From Roseomonas sp. (GTDB lineage: Bacteria > Pseudomonadota > Alphaproteobacteria > Acetobacterales > Acetobacteraceae): DNA of 64,000 nucleotides. The translations under genes were made by a program, and so were the position numbers. Position 1 is the stretch's first letter; every line of letters begins with the position of its first letter. The stretch spans positions 16,346 through 80,345 of the forward strand of contig JADCFN010000056.1 in NCBI GenBank assembly GCA_020249505.1, written 5' to 3'. The notes under the pieces are model-generated. The model ran no database searches, had not been told where the DNA came from, and saw only the letters and a program-made list of their open reading frames with translations. Of the stretch, positions 48,207 through 58,164 are shown piece after piece.

Positions 48207-48968
48207 TCACGCATTCCCACCATCCACCGGCAGCACCTGCCCGGTCACCCATCCGGCATAGGGGCTGGCAAAAAACAGCACGGCATTTGCGATATCCTCA
48301 ACCGACCCAAGACGGCGCATGGCAAGCCGTCCGATCAGCGCCTTCTGCCCTTCATCGCCATAGCTTTCGAATTGCTTGATGCTGGATGGGTTGGAAAGCA
48401 CAAAGCCTGGCGCCACAGAATTCACCGTAATGCCATAGGGTCCGAATTCGCGCGCCAATTGGCGTGTTAGCCCGACCAGCCCATGCTTGGCTGAGCCATA
48501 GGCCTGAATGCCGGTCAGGCTTGCCTTCAATCCCGCGCCGGAGCTGATGGTGACGATGCGCCCCTTCTTCGCCTTCTTCATGCCGGGTGCCGAGGCACGC
48601 GCCAGCGCAAAGGCAGCATGCAGATTGATGTCAATGATGGCGTGCCAATCCTCATCGCTCACTTCCTCGATTGGGCGCATCACTTGGCCGCGCACGCCAC
48701 CGGCATTGGAAATCAGGATTTCGATGGGACCGCCAGTGGCATCTTCAATGCGCTTGATCCAGCCGGCGGCTGCGCCCTTCGCAGTCAAGTCAAACGCATC
48801 GGTGGTGATGGTGCCTGGCGCCTTGGCCGTTTCAGCCAATTCAGCGGCTGAAATATCGCAGGCGAAGACCCGCGCGCCAAGGGCTGCAAAGGCCCGCGCA
48901 ATGGCCTGGCCAAAACCATGCCCGGCACCCGTGACAGCGACGGTGACATTGTCAAAGCGGATATCCAT
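48207..48968 (-). CDS. SDR family oxidoreductase
   Basis: TGAGHGFG cofactor motif, NAGG, YGSAK catalytic motif. Confidence 0.9.
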   Translation of the reverse strand: MDIRFDNVTVAVTGAGHGFGQAIARAFAALGARVFACDISAAELAETAKAPGTITTDAFDLTAKGAAAGWIKRIEDATGGPIEILISNAGGVRGQVMRPIEEVSDEDWHAIIDINLHAAFALARASAPGMKKAKKGRIVTISSGAGLKASLTGIQAYGSAKHGLVGLTRQLAREFGPYGITVNSVAPGFVLSNPSSIKQFESYGDEGQKALIGRLAMRRLGSVEDIANAVLFFASPYAGWVTGQVLPVDGGNA

Positions 48969-48979
48969 GGGAGGGCTCC

Positions 48980-50380
48980 TTAGCTGGCAGGGGAAAAAGC
49001 GTCGCGCGTCACACCATTCAATTCACGCATCAGCGCAACCCAGGCGGCAAAGCCTTCAGCGATGGAGGATTCGCGCCAGTTTTCATTGGGGGCGTGAAAA
49101 TCCTCATCGGCGGTCGCGAAGGAGAACATCACGGTATCAATGCCCGCGATATTGCGCGCAATGTCAGCAAGCGGCAGCGTGGCCCCCATGCGAACGCGCA
49201 GCGGCTTTTGGCTAGTGGTGCGTTCCAGCGCGGCCTCTGCCGCCTGCAACAAGGGATGCGACGCTGGCAGTGAATAGGCATAAGTGCCATCGCGCGTATT
49301 GGTGATGGAAAGCTCAGCGCCCTTGGGACAATGGGTGCGCAGATGTTGCGCCACGGCTTCACGCGCAAGCGCCGGGTCTTGGCCGGGCACAAGACGCATG
49401 GAAAGCTTGGCATGGGCCAGGGCGGGAATGACGGTCTTACCGCCCGCTCCGGTATAGCCGCCCCACATGCCATTCACATCAAGCGTCGGGCGCAGCCAAA
49501 GCCGTTCCAGGAAATCCGCCGTTGTATGATTGCTTGGTGCGATTCCTATGGACGCATCATGCGCCGCCACATCGAAAGGAATGCGCGCCAATTCTGCGCG
49601 TTGTTCGGGCGAAGCTGCTGTGGCGCCGGCCCAGAAGTTTTCCACGGCAACATTGCCATCCTGATCATGCAGCGTGGCGATCAGCCTTGCCATGGCATGC
49701 AGCGCATTCGGTGCGACACCGCCATAACGCCCGGAATGCAAATCCTTGGCCGTACTTCGCAGCGTGATTTCCATGCCGGTATTGCCGCGCGTGCCCACCG
49801 TCATTGTCGGCAAATCCGCCCGCCAGCGCGCACCATCGGCAGAAAGCACCGCATCGGCGGCAAGCAAGTCGCGATACTGCGTGAGCAAGGCGCCGAGCGT
49901 CGCTGAGCCGCATTCCTCCTCACCTTCCAACAGTAGCGTCACGTTGACGGGCAGCCTGCCTTCAACGGCAAGAAAGGCGCCAAGGGTTTCAACCGCCAAA
50001 AGAAACGGCCCCTTATCATCCGAAACGCCACGCGCATAAAGCCGACCATCGCGGGCCGTCAGTTGAAAAGGCGGAGAGGCCCAGTCATCCACGGGATCGG
50101 GCGGCTGCACATCGTAATGGCCGTACACCAGCAGAACCGGCGCATCAGGCCCCGCGCCATGCCAGCGCGCGGTGACAGCCGGATGCCCGCCCGCCGCAAT
50201 TTTCTGCGCATCCTGAAAGCCAAGCGCGGTGAGTCGTGTGATCAGCCAGCGCCGCGCTGCCGCCATGCCATCCGCATAGGCCGGATCGGTTGAAACCGAG
50301 GGGCAAGCGACAAGTTCCGCAAGCCGCGCAATGAATTGCGCCCGTTCAGCGCGCAGCTTTTCCAGGACAGCGTCAGTCAA
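48980..50380 (-). CDS. M20 family dipeptidase (PepV/CNDP-like)
   Basis: LLVYGHYDVQP, YARGVSDDKG and LLEGEEECGS motifs. Confidence 0.88.
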   Translation of the reverse strand: MTDAVLEKLRAERAQFIARLAELVACPSVSTDPAYADGMAAARRWLITRLTALGFQDAQKIAAGGHPAVTARWHGAGPDAPVLLVYGHYDVQPPDPVDDWASPPFQLTARDGRLYARGVSDDKGPFLLAVETLGAFLAVEGRLPVNVTLLLEGEEECGSATLGALLTQYRDLLAADAVLSADGARWRADLPTMTVGTRGNTGMEITLRSTAKDLHSGRYGGVAPNALHAMARLIATLHDQDGNVAVENFWAGATAASPEQRAELARIPFDVAAHDASIGIAPSNHTTADFLERLWLRPTLDVNGMWGGYTGAGGKTVIPALAHAKLSMRLVPGQDPALAREAVAQHLRTHCPKGAELSITNTRDGTYAYSLPASHPLLQAAEAALERTTSQKPLRVRMGATLPLADIARNIAGIDTVMFSFATADEDFHAPNENWRESSIAEGFAAWVALMRELNGVTRDAFSPAS

Positions 50381-51396
50381 GCAATGGCATCCAACAGGGC
50401 GTTAAACGTTTCTGGGGACTGTTCCCGCCGGCCTTCTTCAATATCCTTGATCAGCATGCCCAAGGCATTCAGCGCAGGCGTCGTAATGCCCTTCTGCGCC
50501 GCGAGCCTTGGCATGATGATGAGCTGCGCCTCGGCTTCGGTCTTGCGCTTGCGCACAGCCAGGTCGCGCCAAATGCCGGAATGCGTCTTGGCGCCAACGG
50601 CGGTGTAATCGCGCAGCCATTCCACTACCCTAATCCCATCCGCATCGGCGCGCCCGGGTGCGAAAGCCATGGGGTCAAAAGACCCGAAGCCGCGCGGGGT
50701 CACGCCGTGGGCAAGCGCGGTTGCCGCAACTTCTCGCCCCAAGGCGAGCCAGACAGGCATGCGGCGTGTATCGGCGAAATTCTCGCTCATGGAATCATGA
50801 TTGAGCGCTGTGGCAAAAAGCATGGCGCCATAGGCGAGCTTGCCCCAAAGATAGGACCAGATATCGCTGGTCAGAATCGCATCCGGTTCGAAGGCTTGGC
50901 AGAGCGTATGCATCGCGCGGGTGCGATCACGGATGGTGCCATCAATCTCACCCACCACGAAGGCGCCGCGATTGCCAAAGAGAATCTCACCCGGCGCATG
51001 CCAATCCGCGCCGAAATTGACAAAGCAGCCCATGGTGCGCTCGGCACCGACAGCTTCGGCGATTTCCAATTCGTTCAAGCCGTTTTGGGCGGAAAAGACA
51101 AATCCATCCGGCGCTAGATGCGGTGCGAAAACGGGCAAGGCCGCCTTGGTGGCCTGTGCCTTGACCGCGAGCACAATGCGCGAATAGCGGCCCGTCAGTT
51201 CGGCCGGCGTGACGGCAGGGATGATTTGCGTGAATTCAGTAACGGGGCCGAAAATCTTCAACCCCTTGATGCGACAGGCCTCAACATGCTCGGCCACGGT
51301 GTCCACCAGCAGCACCTCATGGCCCGCACGCGCCAGATGCGCGCCAAGCGTACCGCCAATGGCGCCAGCGCCCCAAATGACTAACGGGTCGGCCAT
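50377..51396 (-). CDS. Ketopantoate reductase (PanE/ApbA) family oxidoreductase
   Basis: VIWGAGAIGGTLGAHLARAGHEV Rossmann N-terminus plus a helical C-terminal domain. ATGA overlap with the downstream M20 gene. The ORF is open to 51441. Confidence 0.8.
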   Translation of the reverse strand: MADPLVIWGAGAIGGTLGAHLARAGHEVLLVDTVAEHVEACRIKGLKIFGPVTEFTQIIPAVTPAELTGRYSRIVLAVKAQATKAALPVFAPHLAPDGFVFSAQNGLNELEIAEAVGAERTMGCFVNFGADWHAPGEILFGNRGAFVVGEIDGTIRDRTRAMHTLCQAFEPDAILTSDIWSYLWGKLAYGAMLFATALNHDSMSENFADTRRMPVWLALGREVAATALAHGVTPRGFGSFDPMAFAPGRADADGIRVVEWLRDYTAVGAKTHSGIWRDLAVRKRKTEAEAQLIIMPRLAAQKGITTPALNALGMLIKDIEEGRREQSPETFNALLDAIA

Positions 51397-52088
51397 GGTC
51401 CCTCCAACGCGGCGCGGGTTTCCGCGACACCTGCTTGCCAAAGCCGCAGCATATCCTCATCGGGCTTCCGCCATTCACCACCGAAGGAACCGTCGCCCAG
51501 CATGTCGCGCACTTTGGCAGGCGGGCTTGCCTTCATCAGCGCCGTATCTACGGCTGGCTTGGCACCAGAAGGCGATGGCGCATTGGCAAGCCGCGTCCAG
51601 GGGAAGTTTTCCATCCAATTGCCATGACTGCCGGAACGGTCAATCGCCATGGCGGTTTCCCAGGTTTGAGGCTGATTGTACCAATTGTGGAACTTGATCG
51701 AAAGCGCAGGATTTTCTGTAATTATCTGCAAGGCAAGCGCGCCGACGGGCGCATTACCGCCATGGCCATTGACAATTAGAATGCGGCGAAACCCAGCGCG
51801 CGCGACACTTTCAATCAGGTCACGCGCCACCGCCAATAATGTTTCCACCTTGAGCGAAATGCTGCCCGGAAAGGCAGCGAAATAAGGCGCCAGCCCAAAA
51901 GGCATGGCAGGATAGACCGGAATGCCGAGAGGCTCGGCCGCTTCCACCGCCACTCTCTCGGCCAGGATCGCATCCACACAAAGTGAAAGCTGTGCATGCT
52001 GTTCCGTGCTGCCAAAGGGCAGAACGCATCGATCATCGCGGTGGAGGTAAGCCTCCACCTGCATCCAATTCATCTCCGCGATGCGCAT
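51381..52088 (-). CDS. Creatininase (creatinine amidohydrolase) family protein
   Basis: FGSTEQH, FPGSISL and IVNGHGGN motifs. Confidence 0.85.
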   Translation of the reverse strand: MRIAEMNWMQVEAYLHRDDRCVLPFGSTEQHAQLSLCVDAILAERVAVEAAEPLGIPVYPAMPFGLAPYFAAFPGSISLKVETLLAVARDLIESVARAGFRRILIVNGHGGNAPVGALALQIITENPALSIKFHNWYNQPQTWETAMAIDRSGSHGNWMENFPWTRLANAPSPSGAKPAVDTALMKASPPAKVRDMLGDGSFGGEWRKPDEDMLRLWQAGVAETRAALEGPWPTR

Positions 52089-52105
52089 GAAACAGGGCTT
52101 CGCGC

Positions 52106-53698
52106 TTAGCGGCTGACTGGGCTTACATCCCAGGCATAGGTTTCTTCATCGCTCCGGCCGACGCGCAGTGTCACACGATCACGCCGCATGGCCCAGGCAG
52201 AAGCCACCGCGGCAAGGGGAATGACAACGCGCTTTTCATTCCAAAGCGCGCCAACCTGTTGCAGTAGGGCTTCGCGCTTCTTGTCATCCAGTTCCACATT
52301 GGCAGCTTGAATCAGCCAATCAATTTCCGGGTCGGAAAAACCGTTCCAATTGAAGGCGCCAAGGCGAAGCTGCGCGTTATTGGTATGCGCATTGGCGGCG
52401 TAATAGTAATTCGCCTCACCGGTCAGGGTGCCCCAGCCGGCCATGATATTGGAAAGCTCACCCCGCGCACGGGCCGGAAAGATCACCGCCGCCGGCTGGC
52501 CGGCCGCCTGCACTTCAAGGCCGATGCGCGCCAGCATCTGGGTCATGGCCGCGCCAACACCGGCATCGCCAGGCAGGCGATTATTGGTGAAGTTCAGTAC
52601 CATGCGAAAGCCATTGGGATAGCCCGCTTCGGTCAAAAGCTGGCGTGCGCGATTGATATTGGGCGTCGGGATCGTCAGCGCCGGATTGAAGCCAAAGATA
52701 CCCGGCGTGACCATCTGGCTGACCGGAGAGCCGAGCCCTTCCATGGCCACTTCCGCCAATGCGCGGCGGTCAATGGCAAGGTCAATCGCTTCCCGCACAC
52801 GCGCATCACGATAAGGGTTAGCCGCCAGACGAGAGCCATCGCGCGCCGTCACTTGCGGCGTTGGTTCGCGTTGATCCAGCGCCAGGTTGAAAACATAGAC
52901 TGTTTCTGCCTTCAGCACGCTGATATTGCGGTCGCGTTCCAGGGTCGCCACATCGGCGGCCGGCACGCGCACAATCATATCCACCTGGCCGGTGCGAAGC
53001 TGCGCCACGCGCGCGGCGGGGTTGGAGATTTCACGCCGCACCACGCGGCCCCAGGCGGGACGACTGCCCCAGTAATTCTCGTTGCGCTCCACCGCGAATT
53101 GCTCGCGCGGCGTCCAGGATGAAAACCGATAGGGCCCGGTGCCGATGGCGGCGCGGCCGCTATTGAAGGCCTCATTGGCGTTTTCCGGCGTCAGACCTGA
53201 CGTGGCGCGGGCCGAGGTGATGAAAAGTCGGATGAAATCATTGGGCAGCGTGGGCGCGGGGCCATCGGTGACGATCTGGATGGTGTGCGGATCAATGATG
53301 CGGATTTCTTGCACGCGGCGCACATAAATGCGCGTTGGATTCGGACCGGACAATTGCTGCATACGCCTGATGGAGGCAGCAACATCTTCCGCGGTCATGT
53401 CAGACCCATCATGGAATTTTACGCCGCGGCGCAGGCGAAATTCCCAAGTGGTGGGGTCCACAATACGCCAGGATTCCGCAAGACCTGGTTCGATCTGCAG
53501 ATTATCGCCTGAATGCGTCAGCGTATCAAAAACATGCTTCAGCGCTTCCGAATGGGTGCCTGTTGCGGTGAAATGCGGGTCAATGCTCTCCGGCCCTGCA
53601 ATCACGCCCATGGTGAGGGTCTGAGCAGAAGCCACACCGGCCATGCACGCCATACCGACTGTCGCCAAAGCAAAACGGCGGTAATTCCAACGCATCAT
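52106..53698 (-). CDS. ABC transporter substrate-binding protein, family 5 (peptide/opine/nickel type)
   Basis: Signal peptide ...MACMAGVASAQT, about 530 aa, DppA/OppA-like pattern (GLAESWRIVDPTTWEFRLRRGVKFHDG). Confidence 0.9.
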   Translation of the reverse strand: MMRWNYRRFALATVGMACMAGVASAQTLTMGVIAGPESIDPHFTATGTHSEALKHVFDTLTHSGDNLQIEPGLAESWRIVDPTTWEFRLRRGVKFHDGSDMTAEDVAASIRRMQQLSGPNPTRIYVRRVQEIRIIDPHTIQIVTDGPAPTLPNDFIRLFITSARATSGLTPENANEAFNSGRAAIGTGPYRFSSWTPREQFAVERNENYWGSRPAWGRVVRREISNPAARVAQLRTGQVDMIVRVPAADVATLERDRNISVLKAETVYVFNLALDQREPTPQVTARDGSRLAANPYRDARVREAIDLAIDRRALAEVAMEGLGSPVSQMVTPGIFGFNPALTIPTPNINRARQLLTEAGYPNGFRMVLNFTNNRLPGDAGVGAAMTQMLARIGLEVQAAGQPAAVIFPARARGELSNIMAGWGTLTGEANYYYAANAHTNNAQLRLGAFNWNGFSDPEIDWLIQAANVELDDKKREALLQQVGALWNEKRVVIPLAAVASAWAMRRDRVTLRVGRSDEETYAWDVSPVSR

Positions 53699-53778
53699 AA
53701 TTTCTCCCATCAGCCTTCTGTCATCAGGATGCTAGGAATAGCTTGCGCTGGCTGTCAAATGCCCGATAATCGCGCCCA

Positions 53779-54753
53779 ATGCTTGGGTATATCATTCAGC
53801 GCCTCATTCAGTCTGGCTTCGTCATGCTTGCCATGTCGGCGCTTGTCTTTCTTGGCGTCTATGCCATCGGCAATCCGATTGACGTGCTGATTTCCCCCGA
53901 CGCGACGCAGGATATTCGGGAAGCCACCATTCGCCATTACGGCCTGGATCAGCCACTTTGGCAGCAATACTTCGCGTTTCTGGGAAGGCTGTTGCGGGGC
54001 GATCTGGGGCGGAGTTTTGTGCTGAACATCCCAGTGCTGCAACTGGTCCTGAGCCGCTTGCCGGCGACGCTGGAATTGGCGCTGGCTTCGGTGCTCATCG
54101 GCGCTTTAGTTGGCATACCGCTTGGCATTTATGCTGGCTATCGGCCGGAAAGCCCTGTCTCCAAGGCCATCATGGCGGCATCGGTTTTGGGGTTTTCCGT
54201 ACCGACCTTTTGGGTAGGGCTGATCCTGATCCTGACCTTTGCCGTCAATCTCGATTGGCTGCCGGCCGGTGACCGAGGCGAAACGGTTGAGGTGTTCGGT
54301 GTTGGGTGGTCCTTCCTCACCTGGGATGGCTTGCGGTTTCTGGCGCTGCCGGCGCTGAACCTGAGCCTGTTCAAGCTTGCCATGCTGATCCGCCTGTCGC
54401 GTGCTGGCACGCGTGAGATCATGCTGTCCGATACGGTGAAATTCGCCCGCGCGGCGGGGCTTTCGGATTTCACCATCCTGCGCCGACATGTGCTGCGTTT
54501 GATTTCCATTCCTCTGGTGACGGTCTTTGGTCTGGAATTCGGCTCCACCTTGGCCTTCGCTGTGGTGACGGAGACGATCTTTTCCTGGCCGGGCGTTGGC
54601 AAGCTGATCATTGATTCTATTACCTCGCTCGATCGGCCGGTGATGGTCGGTTATCTGATCCTGGTGGCGTTTCTGTTTGTCACCATCAATCTGGTAGTGG
54701 ATTTGACCTACGCCGTTCTTGATCCGCGCCTCAGGCGTGGAAGGCGGGTGTGA
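53779..54753 (+). CDS. ABC transporter permease (DppB/OppB-like)
   Basis: MLGYIIQRLIQS... N-terminus and an EAA-type loop. Confidence 0.92.
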   Translation: MLGYIIQRLIQSGFVMLAMSALVFLGVYAIGNPIDVLISPDATQDIREATIRHYGLDQPLWQQYFAFLGRLLRGDLGRSFVLNIPVLQLVLSRLPATLELALASVLIGALVGIPLGIYAGYRPESPVSKAIMAASVLGFSVPTFWVGLILILTFAVNLDWLPAGDRGETVEVFGVGWSFLTWDGLRFLALPALNLSLFKLAMLIRLSRAGTREIMLSDTVKFARAAGLSDFTILRRHVLRLISIPLVTVFGLEFGSTLAFAVVTETIFSWPGVGKLIIDSITSLDRPVMVGYLILVAFLFVTINLVVDLTYAVLDPRLRRGRRV

Positions 54754-55613
54754 TGGCAGGTTTTTGGCGCGACTATCGCGAAAACTGGGTTGCCACCTTG
54801 GCGCTTGCGGTGGTGGTGCTGATTGTTGCAGCGGCGCTTGCCGCACCGCTGATTACGCCGCAGGACCCGTATGATCTTGCCAATTTGAACTTGCGGGATG
54901 CGCGCCGTCCGCCAGGCTTTGTCGGGTCTGGCGGTTATGTGCATTGGCTAGGCACGGACGCGCAGGGGCGCGATTTATTCTCGGCCATTCTCTATGGCTT
55001 GCGCATATCCTTGCAGATGGGGATTGCGGCCGGGGCGGTAGCCTTTGGTATCGGTACCGCGCTTGGCATCATGGCAGCCAATATCGGTGGCAAGATCGAA
55101 CAAGGGATCATGCGGCTGGTGGATTTGCAGCTTTCTTTCCCTGCCATTCTGCTGGCGCTTGTGTTGGTTGCGGTGCTGGGCCAGGGGCGGGTGCCGCTGA
55201 TCATTGCCTTAGTCACCGCGCAATACGCCTATTTCGCCCGCACTGCCTATGGCGCCGCAACAGCGGAACGGCAGAAGGATTACATTGAAGCCGCGCGCGC
55301 GACGCCGCTGCCGGGGCGCAGCATTGTATTACGCCACCTTTTACCGAATTGCCTGCCGCCGCTGATTGTTGTTGGCACGGTCCAAATCGCCAATGCGATC
55401 TCGCTGGAAGCGACATTGTCCTTCCTCGGGCTTGGGCTGCCGCCGACCGAGCCCTCCCTTGGCATGCTGATTGCCAATGGCTTCCAATACATGATGAGCG
55501 GGCGGACCTGGATTTCGGTCTATCCTGGGATTGCGCTAATTGTGCTGATTGTCGCGATCAATATTGTCGGCGATCAATTGCGTGACCAGTTCAATCCAAG
55601 GCTGCGCCGATGA
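54750..55613 (+). CDS. ABC transporter permease (DppC/OppC-like)
   Basis: N-terminal OppC-type segment and the YIEAARATPLPGRSIVLRHLLPN motif. 4-nt overlap with the preceding gene. Confidence 0.92.
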   Translation: MMAGFWRDYRENWVATLALAVVVLIVAAALAAPLITPQDPYDLANLNLRDARRPPGFVGSGGYVHWLGTDAQGRDLFSAILYGLRISLQMGIAAGAVAFGIGTALGIMAANIGGKIEQGIMRLVDLQLSFPAILLALVLVAVLGQGRVPLIIALVTAQYAYFARTAYGAATAERQKDYIEAARATPLPGRSIVLRHLLPNCLPPLIVVGTVQIANAISLEATLSFLGLGLPPTEPSLGMLIANGFQYMMSGRTWISVYPGIALIVLIVAINIVGDQLRDQFNPRLRR

Positions 55614-56581
55614 ACCCTGCGCTGCTTCAGGTGCGCGATCTGCGCACCTATTTCGAAACCCGCGCCGGCACGATCAAGGCCGTGGATGGCATTTCCTTCA
55701 CGCTTGAACGGGGAGAGATCCTTGGCCTGGTTGGTGAATCTGGTTCCGGTAAATCCGTTACCGGCTTTTCGCTGATTGGTCTTCTCGATCCACCTGGGCG
55801 CATCGCGGCCGGTTCCGTGATGTTCCAGGGCAAGGAATTGGTCGGGCTGCCGCAGGCTGAAATGCGCAAGCTCCGCGGCAAGCGGATCGCGATGATTTTC
55901 CAGGACCCGGCTGCGACATTGAATCCTGTACTGACCATCGGTCAGCAGATGGCCATGGCGGTGCAGGCGCATGGTGGCGGCGGTGACAGCGCGGCATTGG
56001 CCCTGGCGGCACGTAGCCTGGCGCGGGTTGGCATTCCGGATGCAGCCGCGCGCCTGCATGCCTATCCGCATGAATTTTCGGGCGGCATGCGCCAGCGTGT
56101 CGCGATTGCCATAGCGCTGCTGCATGAACCGGAATTGATCATAGCGGATGAACCAACCACGGCGCTGGATGTTTCCATTCAGGCGCAAATCCTGGCTGAG
56201 ATGAAAACACTCGCGCAGGAAAGCGGCACGGCGCTGATTTGGATCAGCCATGATCTGGCCATCGTGTCTTCCCTGGCGGATCGCGTGATTGTACTTTATC
56301 TGGGCCGCATTATGGAATTCGGGCCGGTTGCGGATGTCTTGCGCGCGCCCTTGCATCCTTACACGCGCGGGCTTTTGGATAGCCTGCCCGCCATGGCTGA
56401 TCCGGGACAGAAACTCCGACAAATTCCGGGCAGCACTCCTTCACCGCTCAATGTGACGCCTGGCTGTCCCTTCGCCCCGCGTTGTTCGCAGGCGGATGAT
56501 CTTTGCCGATCAGAACCGCCACCCGTAGGCGACCAGCGCCATGGGGCCTTTTGCCATCATCCGCTGCCGGGTGCGGCATGA
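55610..56581 (+). CDS. ABC transporter ATP-binding protein (DppD-like)
   Basis: Walker A GESGSGKS, signature FSGGMRQR, Walker B LIIADEPT, and an oligopeptide-type C-terminal domain. Confidence 0.93.
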   Translation: MNPALLQVRDLRTYFETRAGTIKAVDGISFTLERGEILGLVGESGSGKSVTGFSLIGLLDPPGRIAAGSVMFQGKELVGLPQAEMRKLRGKRIAMIFQDPAATLNPVLTIGQQMAMAVQAHGGGGDSAALALAARSLARVGIPDAAARLHAYPHEFSGGMRQRVAIAIALLHEPELIIADEPTTALDVSIQAQILAEMKTLAQESGTALIWISHDLAIVSSLADRVIVLYLGRIMEFGPVADVLRAPLHPYTRGLLDSLPAMADPGQKLRQIPGSTPSPLNVTPGCPFAPRCSQADDLCRSEPPPVGDQRHGAFCHHPLPGAA

Positions 56582-57561
56582 GCAAGATTTTGACAGCGGA
56601 AAATATCTCACGCCGCTTCAGCCCGCATGTGACGCTGGGCGACCGTATCGCCCGCCTGTTCGGCGCGAAGCTGGACCGCCGGCCAGTGATGGCGGTGACT
56701 GATGTGACGCTTGCCGTGCAACGCGGTGAGACACTTGGACTGGTTGGGGAATCCGGCTGCGGCAAATCAACGCTCGGCCGTATGCTGGCGGGTAATCTTG
56801 AACCAAGCGAAGGCGCGATCCGCCTGAATGGCGCCCCCCCGATGCAGGCCGGGCGGAAGACCACAACGCACATTCAGACCGTTTTTCAGGACCCCTTCGC
56901 CTCCCTCAATCCACGCCGGCGCGTCGGTGAAACCATCACGGAAGGCCCTATCGCCCATGGCCTGATCACCCGCAGTGAGGCCGCTGGCTTCGCCGGAGAA
57001 TGGCTCGCGAAAGTTGGGCTGGATCCTGCTTATGTCTCGCGTTTTCCGCATCAATTTTCTGGCGGGCAGCGCCAACGTATCGCCATAGCGCGCGCCCTGG
57101 CCATGCGGCCTGAAGTGCTGATTTGCGATGAACCTGTGGCATCGCTCGATGTTTCAATTCAGGCACAAATACTCAATCTATTTTTGGATTTGCGCCAGGA
57201 ATTTGGACTGACGACAATCTTTATCAGTCATGATCTTTCTGTCGTCCGGCATGTCAGTGATCGGGTGGCGGTGATGTATCTGGGGCGTATCGTGGAACTT
57301 GAAGCCGCAGCAAAGCTTTATGCGGCGCCTCGGCATCCCTATACCCAGGCGCTTCTGGATAGCGTGCCAAAGCTTTCACTTGAAGGGAATATCGGCGTCA
57401 GCTTCAAGCCAATCAGCGGGGAATTGCCTTCCCCGCTTTCGCCCCCATCGGGCTGCGCCTTCCATCCGCGCTGCCTGAAGGCGACGGATCTATGCATGAC
57501 GGAAAGACCAAAATTAGAACTTGACGATGAATATGGTGCTGTTGCCTGTCATCACAAATGA
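56578..57561 (+). CDS. ABC transporter ATP-binding protein (DppF-like)
   Basis: The ATG overlaps the preceding stop (ATGA). Walker A GESGCGKS, signature FSGGQRQR, Walker B LICDEPV. Confidence 0.93.
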   Translation: MSKILTAENISRRFSPHVTLGDRIARLFGAKLDRRPVMAVTDVTLAVQRGETLGLVGESGCGKSTLGRMLAGNLEPSEGAIRLNGAPPMQAGRKTTTHIQTVFQDPFASLNPRRRVGETITEGPIAHGLITRSEAAGFAGEWLAKVGLDPAYVSRFPHQFSGGQRQRIAIARALAMRPEVLICDEPVASLDVSIQAQILNLFLDLRQEFGLTTIFISHDLSVVRHVSDRVAVMYLGRIVELEAAAKLYAAPRHPYTQALLDSVPKLSLEGNIGVSFKPISGELPSPLSPPSGCAFHPRCLKATDLCMTERPKLELDDEYGAVACHHK

Positions 57562-57675
57562 CGTGTTTCAAGGCGTCGAAGGATTAAAAAAGGAAATCCA
57601 TCAAACCAAATTATTGTCTGCGTGAATTTGGGGGAATAGAAGTTTCAGGCGCAGCAAACCCCAAGCAACGACTGT

Positions 57676-58164
57676 TCATCGGCGTTCTGTAATCGTTGCG
57701 ATATCCTCAGGCGCCAAGGTTACACGAAAACCACTGCGAACCAGCTCCGCAAAATCCTCATTCGGCAGCATGACGGTCAGGCAATAGAGCTTATCCTTGC
57801 CGACATTCATCACCTCATGCTCATGGCCTGGCCGCACAATGAAGCTTTCGCCGGCTTTCACCTGCACTTCCATGCCGTTACAGACGGATTTCGCCTCACC
57901 GCTCAGGACAAAGAACATTTCATGCGCATTGCCATGGCGATGCCAGGGGGTCTTGCCGCCAGGTTCGAAGATCTCCAGGAAAATGCTGAATGGCACCTGA
58001 TCCCGGATCGGGTCCGCGATCATGGCGAAGTAATTCGTGTCCTTGTCGGAAATCTTGAAGGTTTCAAGATCGGCAATGCGGCGGGTGATGATGGGGGGCA
58101 GCTTTTTCGGGTTTGTCGCTTCATTGCTCATCACGGGTTTCCTCTGTCTGTCATTCGCGTTCAT
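57676..58164 (-). CDS. Cupin domain protein
   Basis: Cupin_2 metal motifs (HRHGNAHEMFFVLSGE ... PGHEHEV). The start abuts the upstream permease stop (TGAATG). Confidence 0.8.
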   Translation of the reverse strand: MNANDRQRKPVMSNEATNPKKLPPIITRRIADLETFKISDKDTNYFAMIADPIRDQVPFSIFLEIFEPGGKTPWHRHGNAHEMFFVLSGEAKSVCNGMEVQVKAGESFIVRPGHEHEVMNVGKDKLYCLTVMLPNEDFAELVRSGFRVTLAPEDIATITERR

